A stretch of DNA of 64,000 bases from Yuukianura sp. NJ FZ-2021 (lineage: Eukaryota), in NCBI GenBank assembly GCA_046563655.1, contig JAJCTO010000018.1, positions 1 to 64,000 on the forward strand, in the 5' to 3' direction. The position numbers were made by a program, and so were the translations under genes. The stretch's first letter is position 1, and each line of letters opens with the position of its first letter. This document shows positions 11,601 to 24,785 of this stretch, piece by piece. Below the pieces are notes generated by a model, which was not told the DNA's origin, did no database searches, and saw nothing but the letters and a program-made list of their open reading frames with translations.

Positions 11601-14600
11601 TGTCGACAGTAGAAAAAGACAGTCCCAATTTCCGACAGTAGAAAAGAGACAGTCCCAATTTCCGACACTAGAAAATCGACAGCTTCATTTCCGACACTAG
11701 AAAGTCGACAGTTGCAAGGTTAGTTAACCTAACCTAAATCCAATGAACAGGCGTTAACGATGTACTGTATTTGATGAACACTTGAAAATCGACAGCCCCA
11801 AATTCCGACTGGAAAATCGACAGCTTGATTCTCGGCACTAGAAAAGAGACAGTTGCAAGGTTAGTTAACCTAACCTAAATCCAATGAACAGGCGTTAACG
11901 ATGTACTGTATTTGATGAACACTTGAAAATCGACAGCCCCAAATTCCGACACTAGAAAATCGACAGCTTCATTTCCGACACTAGAAAGTCGACAGTTGCA
12001 AGGTTAGTTAACCTAACCTAAATCCAATGAACAGGCGTTAACGATGTACTGTATTTGATGAACACTTGAAAATCGACAGCCCCAAATTCCGACTGGAAAA
12101 TCGACAGCTTGATTCTCGGCACTAGAAAAGAGACAGTTGCAAGGTTAGTTAACCTAACCTAAATCCAATGAACAGGCGTTAACGATGTACTGTATTTGAT
12201 GAACACTTGAAAATCGACAGCCCCAAATTCCGACACTAGAAAATCGACAGCTTCATTTCCGACACTAGAAAGTCGACAGTTGCAAGGTTAGTTAACCTAA
12301 CCTAAATCCAATGAACAGGCGTTAACGATGTACTGTATTTGATGAACAGTTGAAAATCGACAGCCCCAAATTCCGACTGGAAAATCGACAGCTTGATTCT
12401 CGGCACTAGAAAAGAGACAGTTGCAAGGTTAGTTAACCTAACCTAAATCCAATGAACAGGCGTTAACGATGTACTGTATTTGATGAACACTTGAAAATCG
12501 ACAGCCCCAAATTCCGACTGGAAAATCGACAGCTTGATTCTCGGCACTAGAAAAGAGACAGTTGCAAGGTCGACCGTAGAAAAGAGACAGTCCCAATTTC
12601 CGACATTAGAAAGTCGACAGCTCCATTCTCGACAGTAGAAAAAAGACAGTCCCAATTTCCGACAGTAGAAAATCGACAGCTTCATTTCCGACACTAGAAA
12701 GTCGACAGTCCCAATCTCGACAGTTGAAAAGAGACAGTAACAATTTCCGACACTAGTAAGTCGACAGCTCCATTCTCGACAGTAGAAAAAAGACAGTCCC
12801 AATTGCCGACACTAGAAAATCGACAGCTTCATTTCCGACACTAGAAAGTCGACAGTCCCAATCTCGACAGTTGGAAAGAGACAGTAACAATTTCCGACAC
12901 TAGAAAATCGACAGCTTCATTTCCGACAGTAGAAAAAAGACAGTGCCAATTTCCGACAGTAGAAAATCGACAGCTTCATTTCCGTCACTAGAAAGTCGAC
13001 AGTCCCATTCTCGACAGTTGAAAAGAGACAGTCCCAATTTCCGACAGTAGAAAATCGACAGCTTCATTTCCGACACTAGAAAGTCGACAGTCCCAATCTC
13101 GACAGTTGAAAAGAGACAGTAACAATTTCCGACACTAGTAAGTCGACAGCTCCATTCTCGACAGTTGAAAAGAGACAGTCCCAATTTCCGACAGTGGAAA
13201 ATCGACAGCTTCATTTCCGACACTAGAAAGTCGACAGCGACAGTCCCATTCTCGACAGTTGAAAAGAGACAGTAACAATTTCCGACACTAGTAAGTCGAC
13301 AGCTCCATTCTCGACAGTAGAAAAAAGACAGTCCCAATTTCCGACAGTAGAAAATCGACAGCTTCATTTCCGTCACTAGAAAGTCGACAGCGACAGTCCC
13401 ATTCTCGACAGTTGAAAAGAGACAGTAACAATTTCCGACACTAGAAAATCGACAGCTGCACTGTCGACCGTAGAAAAGAGACAGTCCCAATTTCCGACAT
13501 TAGAAAGTCGACAGCTCCATTCTCGACAGTTGAAAATCGACAGCCCCAATTTCCGACAGTAGAAAATCGACAGCTTCATTCCCGACACTAGAAAGTTGAC
13601 AGTCCCATTCTCGACAATAGAAAAGAGACAGTAACAATTTTCGACACTAGAAAGTCGACAGCTACACTGTCGACAGTAGAAAAAAGACAGTCCCAATTTC
13701 CGACAGTAGAAAAGAGACAGTCCCAATTTCCGACACTAGAAAATCGACAGCTTCATTTCCGACACTAGAAAGTCGACAGTTGCAAGGTTAGTTAACCTAA
13801 CCTAAATCCAATGAACAGGCGTTAACGATGTACTGTATTTGATGAACACTTGAAAATCGACAGCCCCAAATTCCGACTGGAAAATCGACAGCTTGATTCT
13901 CGGCACTAGAAAAGAGACAGTTGCAAGGTTAGTTAACCTAACCTAAATCCAATGAACAGGCGTTAACGATGTACTGTATTTGATGAACACTTGAAAATCG
14001 ACAGCCCCAAATTCCGACACTAGAAAATCGACAGCTTCATTTCCGACACTAGAAAGTCGACAGTTGCAAGGTTAGTTAACCTAACCTAAATCCAATGAAC
14101 AGGCGTTAACGATGTACTGTATTTGATGAACACTTGAAAATCGACAGCCCCAAATTCCGACTGGAAAATCGACAGCTTGATTCTCGGCACTAGAAAAGAG
14201 ACAGTTGCAAGGTTAGTTAACCTAACCTAAATCCAATGAACAGGCGTTAACGATGTACTGTATTTGATGAACACTTGAAAATCGACAGCCCCAAATTCCG
14301 ACACTAGAAAATCGACAGCTTCATTTCCGACACTAGAAAGTCGACAGTTGCAAGGTTAGTTAACCTAACCTAAATCCAATGAACAGGCGTTAACGATGTA
14401 CTGTATTTGATGAACAGTTGAAAATCGACAGCCCCAAATTCCGACTGGAAAATCGACAGCTTGATTCTCGGCACTAGAAAAGAGACAGTTGCAAGGTTAG
14501 TTAACCTAACCTAAATCCAATGAACAGGCGTTAACGATGTACTGTATTTGATGAACACTTGAAAATCGACAGCCCCAAATTCCGACTGGAAAATCGACAG

Positions 14601-17147
14601 CTTGATTCTCGGCACTAGAAAAGAGACAGTTGCAAGGTTAGTTAACCTAACCTAAATCCAATGAACAGGCGTTAAGGATGTACTGTATTTGATGAACACT
14701 TGAAAATCGACAGCCCCAAATTCCGACACTAGAAAATCGACAGCTTCATTTCCGACACTAGAAAGTCGACAGTTGCAAGGTTAGTTAACCTAACCTAAAT
14801 CCAATGAACAGGCGTTAACGATGTACTGTATTTGATGAACACTTGAAAATCGACAGCCCCAAATTCCGACTGGAAAATCGACAGCTTGATTCTCGGCACT
14901 AGAAAAGAGACAGTTGCAAGGTCGACCGTAGAAAAGAGACAGTCCCAATTTCCGACATTAGAAAGTCGACAGCTCCATTCTCGACAGTAGAAAAAAGACA
15001 GTCCCAATTTCCGACAGTAGAAAATCGACAGCTTCATTTCCGACACTAGAAAGTCGACAGTCCCAATCTCGACAGTTGAAAAGAGACAGTAACAATTTCC
15101 GACACTAGTAAGTCGACAGCTCCATTCTCGACAGTAGAAAAAAGACAGTCCCAATTTCCGACAGTAGAAAATCGACAGCTTCATTTCCGTCACTAGAAAG
15201 TCGACAGCGACAGTCCCATTCTCGACAGTTGAAAAGAGACAGTAACAATTTCCGACACTAGAAAATCGACAGCTGCACTGTCGACCGTAGAAAAGAGACA
15301 GTCCCAATTTCCGACATTAGAAAGTCGACAGCTCCATTCTCGACAGTTGAAAATCGACAGCCCCAATTTCCGACAGTAGAAAATCGACAGCTTCATTTCC
15401 GACACTAGAAAGTTGACAGTCCCATTCTCGACAATAGAAAAGAGACAGTAACAATTTTCGACACTAGAAAGTCGACAGCTACACTGTCGACAGTAGAAAA
15501 GACAGTCCCAATTTCCGACAGTAGAAAAGAGACAGTCCCAATTTCCGACACTAGAAAATCGACAGCTTCATTTCCGACACTAGAAAGTCGACAGTTGCAA
15601 GGTTAGTTAACCTAACCTAAATCCAATGAACAGGCGTTAACGATGTACTGTATTTGATGAACAGTTGAAAATCGACAGCCCCAAATTCCGACTGGAAAAT
15701 CGACAGCTTGATTCTCGGCACTAGAAAAGAGACAGTTGCAAGGTTAGTTAACCTAACCTAAATCCAATGAACAGGCGTTAACGATGTACTGTATTTGATG
15801 AACACTTGAAAATCGACAGCCCCAAATTCCGACTGGAAAATCGACAGCTTGATTCTCGGCACTAGAAAAGAGACAGTTGCAAGGTCGACCGTAGAAAAGA
15901 GACAGTCCCAATTTCCGACATTAGAAAGTCGACAGCTCCATTCTCGACAGTAGAAAAAAGACAGTCCCAATTTCCGACAGTAGAAAATCGACAGCTTCAT
16001 TTCCGTCACTAGAAAGTCGACAGCGACAGTCCCATTCTCGACAGTTGAAAAGAGACAGTAACAATTTCCGACACTAGAAAATCGACAGCTGCACTGTCGA
16101 CCGTAGAAAAGAGACAGTCCCAATTTCCGACATTAGAAAGTCGACAGCTCCATTCTCGACAGTTGAAAATCGACAGCCCCAATTTCCGACAGTAGAAAAT
16201 CGACAGCTTCATTTCGGACACTAGAAAGTTGACAGTCCCATTCTCGACAATAGAAAAGAGACAGTAACAATTTTCGACACTAGAAAGTCGACAGCTACAC
16301 TGTCGACAGTAGAAAAAAGACAGTCCCAATTTCCGACAGTAGAAAAGAGACAGTCCCAATTTCCGACACTTGAAAATCGACAGCTTCATTTCCGACACTA
16401 GAAAGTCGACAGTCCCATTCTCGACAGTAGAAAAAAGACAGTCCCAATTTCCGACAGTAGAAAGTCGACAGCTCCATTCTCGACAGTAGAAAAGGGACAG
16501 TCCCAATTTCCGACAGTAGAAAATCGACAGCTTCATTTCCGACACTAGAAAGTCGACAGTCCCATTCTCGACAGTTGAAAAGAGACAGTCCCAATTTCCG
16601 ACAGTAGAAAATCGACAGCTTCATTTCCGACACTAGAAAGTCGACAGCTGCACTGTCGACCGTAGAAAAGAGACAGTCCCAATTTCCGACACTTGAAAAT
16701 CGACAGCTTCATTTCCGACACTAGAAAGTCGACAGTTGCAAGGTTAGTTAACCTAACCTAAATCCAATGAACAGGCGTTAACGATGTACTGTATTTGATG
16801 AACACTTGAAAATCGACAGCCCCAAATTCCGACTGGAAAATCGACAGCTTGATTCTCGGCACTAGAAAAGAGACAGTTGCACTGTCGACCGTAGAAAAGA
16901 GACAGTCCCAATTTCCGACATTAGAAAGTCGACAGCTCCATTCTCGACAGTAGAAAAAAGACAGTCCCAATTTCCGACAGTAGAAAATCGACAGCTTCAT
17001 TTCCGTCACTAGAAAGTCGACAGTCCCATTCTCGACAGTTGAAAAGAGACAGTCCCAATTTCCGACATTAGAAAATCGACAGCTCCATTCTCGACAGTTG
17101 AAAAGAGACAGTCCCAATTTCCGACAGTGGAAAATCGACAGCTTCAT
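8668..17147. repeat. Minisatellite array 1: 30-bp unit (gacagtcccaatttcc+gacagtagaaaatc and variants) with interspersed ~70-bp cassettes
   Basis: GACA(G/C) recurs every 14-16 bp. The cassette aaggttagttaacctaacctaaatccaatgaacaggcgttaacgatgtactgtatttgatgaaca occurs about 19 times. The array ends in ttaggttagg. Confidence 0.98.
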
Positions 17148-18081
17148 TAGGTTAGGTAAGGTTAGCCTAAAATAATTTCAGTAATTAGTAATTAGCAATT
17201 TGAAGTTAAACTTTGAAGGAAAGTTACGTTTGAATGAGAATAATTATACTTAAGAAGTAGTTAGAATCAGGAACTACGGCCTCTAAAGTTAGGAGGAATT
17301 TTTCGTAAGATAGGAGCTCCTAAAGGTTCGAAAACATGGGTGATCTTAAGTAGGGTTTTCCCCTAGCCCAAGTCCCTACTTAGGTCTGTCATAGGATTTC
17401 CTACCAAAATCTGGGAACTTAGGAAATCCTAGAGGAGTCCCATTTTTTGTCCTAAATAGTTAGGATTGGCCTAACTTAGGATTCCTAACTTTCGTACCAA
17501 GAACCCTGCTGTCTAATTATCTTCCCAAGGTTATTGTTTCGTGTCCGATTATCAATGCTCTACTTAAAAAAAATTAAAATCCCCTCGAGCTGGACAACAC
17601 GATGCATTAATTTGGTATATTAGCTGAAAAAATGCTTGGGAAGAAAATGAAGTTAATAGCTTTGATTGAGGATGTTTATATAGTTGTGTGTAAATGATCC
17701 TACAAATCATTCTGTTCATAATCGTTGTAGAGTGTTGTTCAGTTTGAGGTATCCAATGTTTTACTTTTACGAATGTGTGTTTCCGATCCTGGTTGAGTGA
17801 CTTCGTTTAACAAAATACAGTATAATATATTAAAACTATATTCCCCCTTCAGTTTGCTAGTTGAACACGGTTCTTTGTTAATTTGTTACCATACTTTACA
17901 ACTTGCAATAGTAATCATAATCAAGTTATGTGAAGTGGAATATCACTGAACAGTTGGCAAATTCCGTTTAAGGTAACGTTTACAATTTACTATTCGTATT
18001 ACGATAGCTGAAGATGATGATATATCTACTAACTCGCGTCTCAACTGACAGGTTCAGAACTGAAATTTCAGGATCTGCGTC

Positions 18082-21046
18082 ATGCCTAGAAGGTGTGTTG
18101 GTATAGGTAGACCTCGTTGGGTGCCTGCAGAGATCGCTGAACTTATGGGATTTGTGAAGAATTCAAAGTCGACACAAAGCAAGACGTATTTCGGGTTTTG
18201 GAGGAATTGCAAACTGGTCAAGGTGAGTTAGTAGCCGTTTTTGAATTAGTTAAGTTTAATAAGGTTTGCTTTTTAAGTCATCAAACAGTACTTCACTATT
18301 GTCTACTAGAACGGAACTCGTACAGCAAGAAGTTGCAAACAAAAGTTTTTGGAAATTTCAAATAAAAAATCCAACACTTGTGGTCGGACGAAGAGTGAGC
18401 CAACGGGAGTAGGCAAGCAGGAATTTGCTCCTACTGATGAAAAGAAGTATAGATTTGTGATTAACCGCGTGCAGCCACCCAAGAGAAAATTGAATGAGAA
18501 TAGAATAAATTCACGCGTCCCTGTTTCAGCTGTGGCAAATGATGACGTCGGTAAAATAAACATAGCATTTACATATGGCATTACCTAGGATGCTAATTTT
18601 AATTGTGCAATATGACAGGTAAGGAAGTGCAAATTACAACAGTAAACCAATGTGGAGCTTACAACTCGGAGGCAGGAGAACATACCTTGCGAGGTCTTGC
18701 TCATCTGGAACACAGTGAAACGTAAGGATGTACAATGTTGATAACAATTGAGACTCGTTGGTTTACTGACATCAAGTTTTTACTTATTAGTTGCAATGAA
18801 AAGACTTCTCTTGGAACTACTTTCGAACGAAAGAACTACCCAGTCCAAACATGTACTAAAATTGGAATATGTGACCCAAACAGAAGTTGTCATTTGAATG
18901 TCTTGCAAACGAATTCGGTGACGACTACCATAAGTAAACAAGCTGGTACGTTGGGCAATTTCAAGTAGTTGAATTTCTTCGGGATTAATGCATTCTAAAT
19001 GGGTGGGATAAATGCAGATTATAATGGGTCAGGTGACTGATTTGATTTCTACACATTGTAGATATAAATGAAACTGTCTTATACATGAGTTGTGAGCAGT
19101 GCAGCAGCTACTGCGCAATGTACCGCAACATTAAGTCACATCACGTTTCAGAGATTAGGGAGGTCCAGCTGATGGCAACAAACATTGACGGGTTTGTTTG
19201 CGTCATACAAATAAGTATATCTTTGTTTTTAAAATGAATTTTACAACATTTCAGAATGGTAGAAATCGTCTACAAACTTCTTGGGTAAAATAGTATTTTT
19301 TTTTAAATGTTGCTGTTATCGGTAAAGTAATCCATTTTGTATTTGTTTTATGCTTTTAGAAATTATGGGGATTCGCCGAAAGAAGAAATGCTTTTGAATA
19401 TTTTACAACCTAATAAGTCACAATTTGGAGATAAGGCAAACTTGATTCGGATATTGGTTTAGTATGTTTTAATATTTAGTTAGGATTTCTGCCGACACTT
19501 ATGATGATTATCTTTTTTTGCTTCCTAGCAACATATTCTCCAGCTACACTCACATCAACCTGATAGAAAGGTTGGTCAGCATTGGATTGAGGGTCACAAG
19601 TTTGCAGCCTTCTGCTGCAGTAGGTGATACAAAACGAAATGCGACTAGAACTGGCACATCGGCAACTCGTAGTTTTTGGAACTCCCAGAATTGTCAAAAT
19701 ATTTTATCGTCAACTAAGCGTGAAGAAAATGCAAGTGTGTCTGATTCAAGTTCAAAGGACATTGCGGTAAATGAAGAGTCGTCAGTTGAACCTATTGAGA
19801 GAAATACTCAGATTTCAGGGTTTGGCTTGCTGGGCATAACTGAACAATGTGCTGAGAATGCAAAAGAAGTTGCTGGCGAAGCTCCAGAGGAGGAAATTCG
19901 CAAGCCTACAAATCCCGAAAACAATATTGTAGAGCAACGTATTTGCAATATTGGAAATTTGGAATATCAAGTACAACTTTTACTCCTCCACATTTCAGTT
20001 ACTATGGTAATAATTGCTTCATGTACGCTATTTTTCATAGGGCTATGACTACTTGGTTAGAATATTTGTTACAAAATTAATCAACCCGTTTGGAGTACAT
20101 CGGCAGAATGGGAATAATGAGGAAGAAATGTTGAAGATAATTGTAAGGGCAATTGCAATATTCGACTACTGCGCCGCTGTCGTGATGCCTGTTTCCTCCT
20201 ACACTTACGTAAAGAAATTAGTTAATGTAAACAAAACGGTTTTGGGTTTTTAATTAAGTCCACTTCTAATGGTGATTTTAGATGATTGTCGAACAAGTGA
20301 ATGACCGCAGCGTTGTTGTCGAGGCAAATAAAATATGTAAGGAAGCTGTGAAGCAGTTGGTACAGATGGAGATTGGAGAAACCATGTTCAAACTTGTCGA
20401 AGTTGGAGATGTAATTGTTGCCAGCGACATTTGTTTTAAGCCGACAAAGTCGCAAAAGGTTGTTTTGTTTAACCCATCGTGGAATTTGACCGAAGTGGCT
20501 TTATTTAAATCGGTATGGCAAATACGTTTATCAAGCTTGAAATTAAATAAGAATTTCAACGGAATCTTCATCTTCATTTGAACTAAATATTTGTAGGAGA
20601 TGGACTCATTCACCCAAACGTATAGCGAAGACCGTTTCAACCTAGTTGGTAACATGAATGGAGTATACCTGGTCGACCATCCGGTTTACGCGGACTTTGT
20701 TTTTGCTGCAATTCAAACACCTACATTGGACAGGGACAATGAAATTCATCAAATCATAATGGCACTACCGTTCAACAACAAAATTCTATTGAGGTTTTCC
20801 AATCCATTTAGGAAATTAGTCCTACTGAAGTATACTAAAACGCATGGGGTAAAGGAGGAAGATACCTTAAATCCATCTTTCAAATCATATATCGCTGTTT
20901 TTATTGAACCATTAGCACTACAGGATATTTATTTCGAATATTCAATGGTAGATTTGAAAAGAAACAGTAGGATAATTATAGAATTTGCTGCCTTTTATCA
21001 AGACAGAAGGGTAAAGGTATTGTGCGAAATACGCTTTACAATGTGA
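18082..21046 (+). CDS. Multi-exon protein with N-terminal Myb/SANT-like domain and possible OB fold (paralog A)
   Basis: MPRRCVGIGRPRWVPAEIAELMGFVKNSKSTQSKTYFGFWRNCKLVK|NGTRTARSCKQKF shows Myb-like W..W..RT..SCK..F spacing. About 10 GT-AG exons; the Myb, middle and C-terminal exons were checked and splice in frame. Last exons: ...LVEVGDVIVASDICFKPTKSQKVVLFNPSWNLTEVALFK and ...VLCEIRFTM*. Confidence 0.75.
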
Positions 21047-21244
21047 TGCTTGTCCTTGAAGTAACTTTTCTTGATAAAGACCATGAGTAAATTAGGCTAC
21101 ATTGCCATTCAAGATTTATGAGCGATGGAGTGAAGTCGTAGCTCGCCGGAGTGCTGTCTTACCTCAGCGTAAATTGAGCTGGAAATTTTTTATTGTCGTT
21201 TGCAATTGTGGAATCAAATTTGTTGCAGTGACGTTGGGGACAAA

Positions 21245-23617
21245 ATGGGTGAGATTGTTGTTGATTGTAATTTTATATTAAAACGTTAAAACAAAATTTA
21301 CAAATTTTGCAAACAAATTTGATGTTGATGGAGTTTAGTTTAATTGTTCTAATTTCTTCATTTTTTCCGCTGTAACTTTTCAGAGAAGAAAGTGGATGGG
21401 ATTGTAATTACAACTCGTTCTCTCAAATGTCTGCCTTTGTCCGCATCCAGTATGTACATCAAATACCCTTTGAGGGCTGAAATTGCTAAATCATCTTGGC
21501 TCAAAGGCTCCGTAATAAGCCAAAATGAAGTAGTGACACGAATTTCTTTAACAAATTATTTTGGATTGGAAGTTCATTTGGTATTTCAAAGTGAAGACAG
21601 AATCGACTTCACAAATTTGCTGAGTAATGTTTACAAGTCTATTGAAGATTCGTTGGCTGACGAAAGGGTAAGTAAAACAATTGTCATTTTCAAATTTGGT
21701 GAAGGAAAAGTAAATTATGAAACCTCATTTTTTTATTTACACATGAAGATGTGTCAATCCGAGACAACAGTAAGACGTCGTCAAACAGGAGGGTCCTCCT
21801 CGGCAAACGTTGCTGTATTCATTGGAGATATTGACATTTTTGGTGAATTGTTTTACAAGAATGTTAACACTCGACTGCCGGCTTACAACCCGTTGTTTGT
21901 TCTGCACAAGTTTGGCCACTCCGCTTCGTTTGCGGTGATGACTTCGATACTATCCAGTGTGAGGTCAACCGAAGATATCCAGGAATTCATACTCCATGTA
22001 GCCTACGACATTGCTGCATCTGAAAACTGCTTCCTCCTTTGGGATAGAAGCGCTGTATTTGAGAAAATGGCTGTTGCAAAAAGTATTGAAGCTTTCGAAT
22101 ACTACGTTTGTGGAATTCCTGGGTATGGCAACTTCACGTTTCAACAACCGCGCCAGCTACAAGTACCCATTTTAGGATCCGGTAAACTGAAGAAGGTACA
22201 ACTTTACGCATCAATTGCAAAGTATTTACATAGCCAACAGGATCCTCCATTTGCTAAACCAATGATAACAAACAACTTGCTTCGACAAACATTGTCTTCA
22301 AGTAATGAATCCGGATTTTTTGACTGTGACAAAGGATTTACGAAAAGCTTCACCGACATCAAGTGCATCCATGACTTTATCAACAATATTCCATACGAAC
22401 GTCATTACGCCCGTTGTGAATTCATTATAAATCATCCAGTCACGGGAACAATGAACGAAACAGTGCAAGCCGTTTCAGCATTATCAGACTCATTTCTGCA
22501 ACAAATTCAGCCATCTGTTTGTTACCAAGAGTTTACAACACCAACATTATCCCGGTTATTTGAGAAGACTGTTCGTCCATGTTTGGATACCATTTACGAA
22601 CAGGTACTTCTTGCATACAACGCTACCATCGAAAACACAATGTATCGGTTAAAATATGACACATACGTTACTCTATTGGCATGTGAAGCCATAGTTTGCT
22701 TTATGATCAGAGGAACGGCAACGTCTACATCATCAAAGGCCAGGCACGACAACAACTTACTCAAACTTCTGAAGTTGAACTCTAAAGAGTATGAAGATTA
22801 TTGGACGAGGTCAGAGTACATGATTGACACATTTGGACCATTGGTTCGTGTGGAGAATGACAAGGTTCACGTTTCTTTACCAAATACCTATATTCCTTTT
22901 CACCTGTTCAAGTTGAGATTGTCGCATGGTTATACCTATACCAACTTGGTGGATGATATTGGACATGAAGACAAGTTAAGTAGAGCTGCATATGTAGTAG
23001 CAAATTGGATCCTATCTTGTACCATTAACAATTTGGGAAGACAACGCCAAGACTCTACAGATCCTATCATAATAACACACCGACTGAAACGCCAGTGCAC
23101 AAATATACTGATTGGGAGTGGAAGTGAAATTTTGAAACGCTTGGAGACTAGTTTTTGTTCCTCAATTCTGTGGATACTACAAGAATGTCAACGTTTATCT
23201 ACAACATCCAATTTATTATTGCCGTGGAAGCACGCGCTAGCCAAGGCATTGGAAGAATGTGGATTCAATAGTCGACAATTTGTGTGCTTTGAGTATGGAG
23301 GAAATAACGAAAACTGTCAAGTTGTGCTACCATTTTTATGTTTAAATTCAAACAACTTTTTGTTAGCAATACCAATATGGCTAACGGTGATTTCAGATGT
23401 ATTTGCAGACCGCAGTGGAAGTTATGATGAGGATTTGATTGCAGCAAAAATCGAGCTTTTGATACAGAGGTCAATGGAAGGTTTGACTTTTTCTGAAATG
23501 TTTAATATAGATGTACAGGACATGTTGCGTCAGCTATTTAGCGGAGAAGACTTGCAGGAAATACGGTCTCTCTCAAATACTTACAACATGCTGTTTGCAG
23601 AACCATTTCCGATTTAA
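21245..23617 (+). CDS. About 745-aa uncharacterised protein, nearly single exon, with motifs reminiscent of Rep_trans-type replication initiators
   Basis: ATGG at 21245-21248 with a gtgag donor splices in frame to the acceptor at 21383 (MEKKVDGIV...), followed by a 741-codon open frame. The product assignment is motif-level inference only. Confidence 0.85.
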
Positions 23618-24327
23618 GTTATTTATGGTACAAGTAACTCTTCCTAGGCTCGTAGTTTTCATACAAGCTCTGGGATATTAAAAGTATACACTGAACTGTC
23701 TATAAATTGTGTAATTTTGGTATTTTTGATTTTCTACTTTGAACATTCTATTCTCGATTCAGGATTTATGATTCACGTTGCTCGATCTACGTTTTGGACA
23801 ATACACAGAGTTTGTGCTGCTTTCTACATTTCCAAATAGACAATCGACAACAGTTGCTCACTTTCGGCCAAAGAATTTTAATTCTTCTTAGACTAGAAGG
23901 GAAATAGGCCGGATTGTTTTGAAACCAAAAATTACGACGCAACCAAGGTGAAAAAATGGCGTTTAAGCCCGTTTCCCACCGGACGCAGACAAATTTAAAT
24001 GAATATTTAATTTGGAATTAGCGGTTGGCGTGTGAACACGACCTTACACAGCGATAAAAAACAGCTTTTGTCCCTTCAAGTCCTTTCAAAAACGGTTTCA
24101 AAAATTTTGTTGAAATCAATCTTTATAGAGAAACCTATCTCTAGTCTAGAGAAAAACGTCGAAAATCGTCGTGACAACTCTCTGCTTCCGACGCATCAAG
24201 TTGACATTCCACGTTCCTCAGTCGGCCACTTTTGGTATCCGACATTGGCTATTTGATATGAAAGTCGACATTCAATGATTACTTTGCACATTCGGTATAT
24301 GTTATTGGATTATTAGGGTTTGATTAT

Positions 24328-24615
24328 ACTCATGTTGGGAGCATGTTAAAAACAGAAAAATTTCGAAAGAAGAAGGGCAATGACATCTATAGACAACAAA
24401 AAAATGACCTCTGCAAAAGTTGTTGCTGTTGATGAGGGGATCAGTTTTTGTCCGTTTACATATGACCCTGTGACCTTCCGTTGAGGTCGTATGTCAGAGT
24501 ACAAAAAATGATCCCCTCATCAAAGCCAACAACTTTTATGGAGGTCATTTTTTGGGTCGTCTAGAAATGTCATTGACCCTCTTCACAATTTTTTTTAACA
24601 TGCGCACACATGAAT
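24328..24615. mobile_element. Imperfect ~290-bp palindrome (MITE or foldback-like)
   Basis: The left arm (catgttaaaaa...aatgacat...aaaaaatgacctc..aaaagttgttg..ttgatgaggggatca..tttttgt) mirrors the right arm (acaaaaaatgatcccctcatcaa..caacaactttt..gaggtcatttttt...atgtcatt...tttttaacatg). Confidence 0.7.
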
Positions 24616-24785
24616 ATAATACAAGCATTATGACTATGAGTGATATTTAACCAGTAACTTTTATCGGTGTCAGTGTTAGTCTGAATCTGCTGTTCATATT
24701 GTAAGGGTCTTGAGTTGATCTAGGACTATCAAATTCAGCATTGACGTTATCGAGAACGAAGGTGAAGTATTCCACCTAGAGAAAG

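Noticed and set aside
10215..16810. CRISPR-like alternation of a constant cassette with intervening sequence
   Set aside because: The intervening sequences are repeated minisatellite units rather than unique spacers, there are no cas genes, and the context is eukaryotic.
8782..17147. Many Cys-rich minus-strand ORFs (MKLSIFYCRKLGLS...)
   Set aside because: They are translations of the 30-bp minisatellite, with arbitrary starts, several frames and no splice structure.
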